This document shows, piece after piece, positions 5,275-5,278 of a stretch of DNA of 5,278 bases. Numbering within the stretch: the first letter of the stretch is position 1; every line of letters begins with the position of its first letter. Where the stretch lies: the NCBI GenBank assembly GCA_964617525.1, contig CAZTWG010000047.1:1-5278 (forward strand), written 5' to 3'. Made by a program: the position numbers and the translations under genes. This DNA is from an uncultured Gammaproteobacteria bacterium (GTDB lineage Bacteria > Patescibacteriota > Patescibacteriia > UBA2591 > UBA6264). The notes beneath the pieces were generated by a model. It was not told the origin of the DNA and made no database searches. It saw only the letters and a program-made list of their open reading frames with translations.

Positions 5275-5278
5275 TTTT

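Noticed and set aside
5150-5278. Possible UGA recoding (code 4/25): the frame after the methyltransferase TGA stays open to the end of the window
   Set aside because: The open frame runs straight through the tRNA-Ser gene, so it is coincidental. The protein already ends at the family-typical C-terminus (...IYLYRF). None of the four full-length, colinear ORFs contains an in-frame TGA, and TGG is used for Trp. The standard bacterial code fits.
5187-5278. tRNA-Ser as a possible integration site (attB) for a mobile element
   Set aside because: The window ends 4 nt after the CCA. No duplicated tRNA 3' segment, integrase or foreign-looking sequence is visible, so this cannot be supported from the data.
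1-5278. Scan for CRISPR repeats, transposase/IS ends, toxin-antitoxin pairs, defence islands, riboswitch-sized leaders and inteins
   Set aside because: No regularly spaced repeats and no terminal inverted repeats flank any gene. The intergenic spacers (52, 82, 21, 5 and 34 nt) are too short for riboswitches or hidden genes. PpsA and RNase J are colinear with their families and have no intein-sized insertions.

Overview
AT-rich window (roughly one-third GC by eye), tightly packed, with all genes on the + strand. In order: ribonuclease J (53-1711); a small 3-TM membrane protein that looks DUF4870-like (1794-2153); a full-length phosphoenolpyruvate synthase PpsA (2175-4604); a 180-aa class I SAM methyltransferase with an N-terminal membrane anchor (4610-5152), starting 5 nt after the ppsA stop; and a class II tRNA-Ser(GGA) with encoded CCA (5187-5274). 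The composition, short spacers, lack of Shine-Dalgarno motifs and gene content would fit a small-genome, possibly Patescibacteria/CPR-like, bacterium. That placement is inference only. I see no CRISPR array, transposase, integrase, toxin-antitoxin pair or recognisable defence genes, and no convincing new multi-gene system. Intergenic space totals under 250 nt and every long ORF has a clear housekeeping-type family assignment. Four leads deserve a second look. (1) The methyltransferase resembles the eukaryotic FAM173 (ATPSCKMT/ANTKMT) and crenarchaeal aKMT protein-lysine methyltransferases, and it is tightly linked to ppsA. (2) RNase J has Glu where the beta-CASP motif C metal-ligand His normally sits. 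(3) A promoter/leader module of about 53 nt occurs upstream of both rnj and the membrane-protein gene. (4) An imperfect inverted repeat overlaps the -35 element of the second copy of that module. All family assignments come from motif recognition by eye and from remembered reference sequences, not from database searches.
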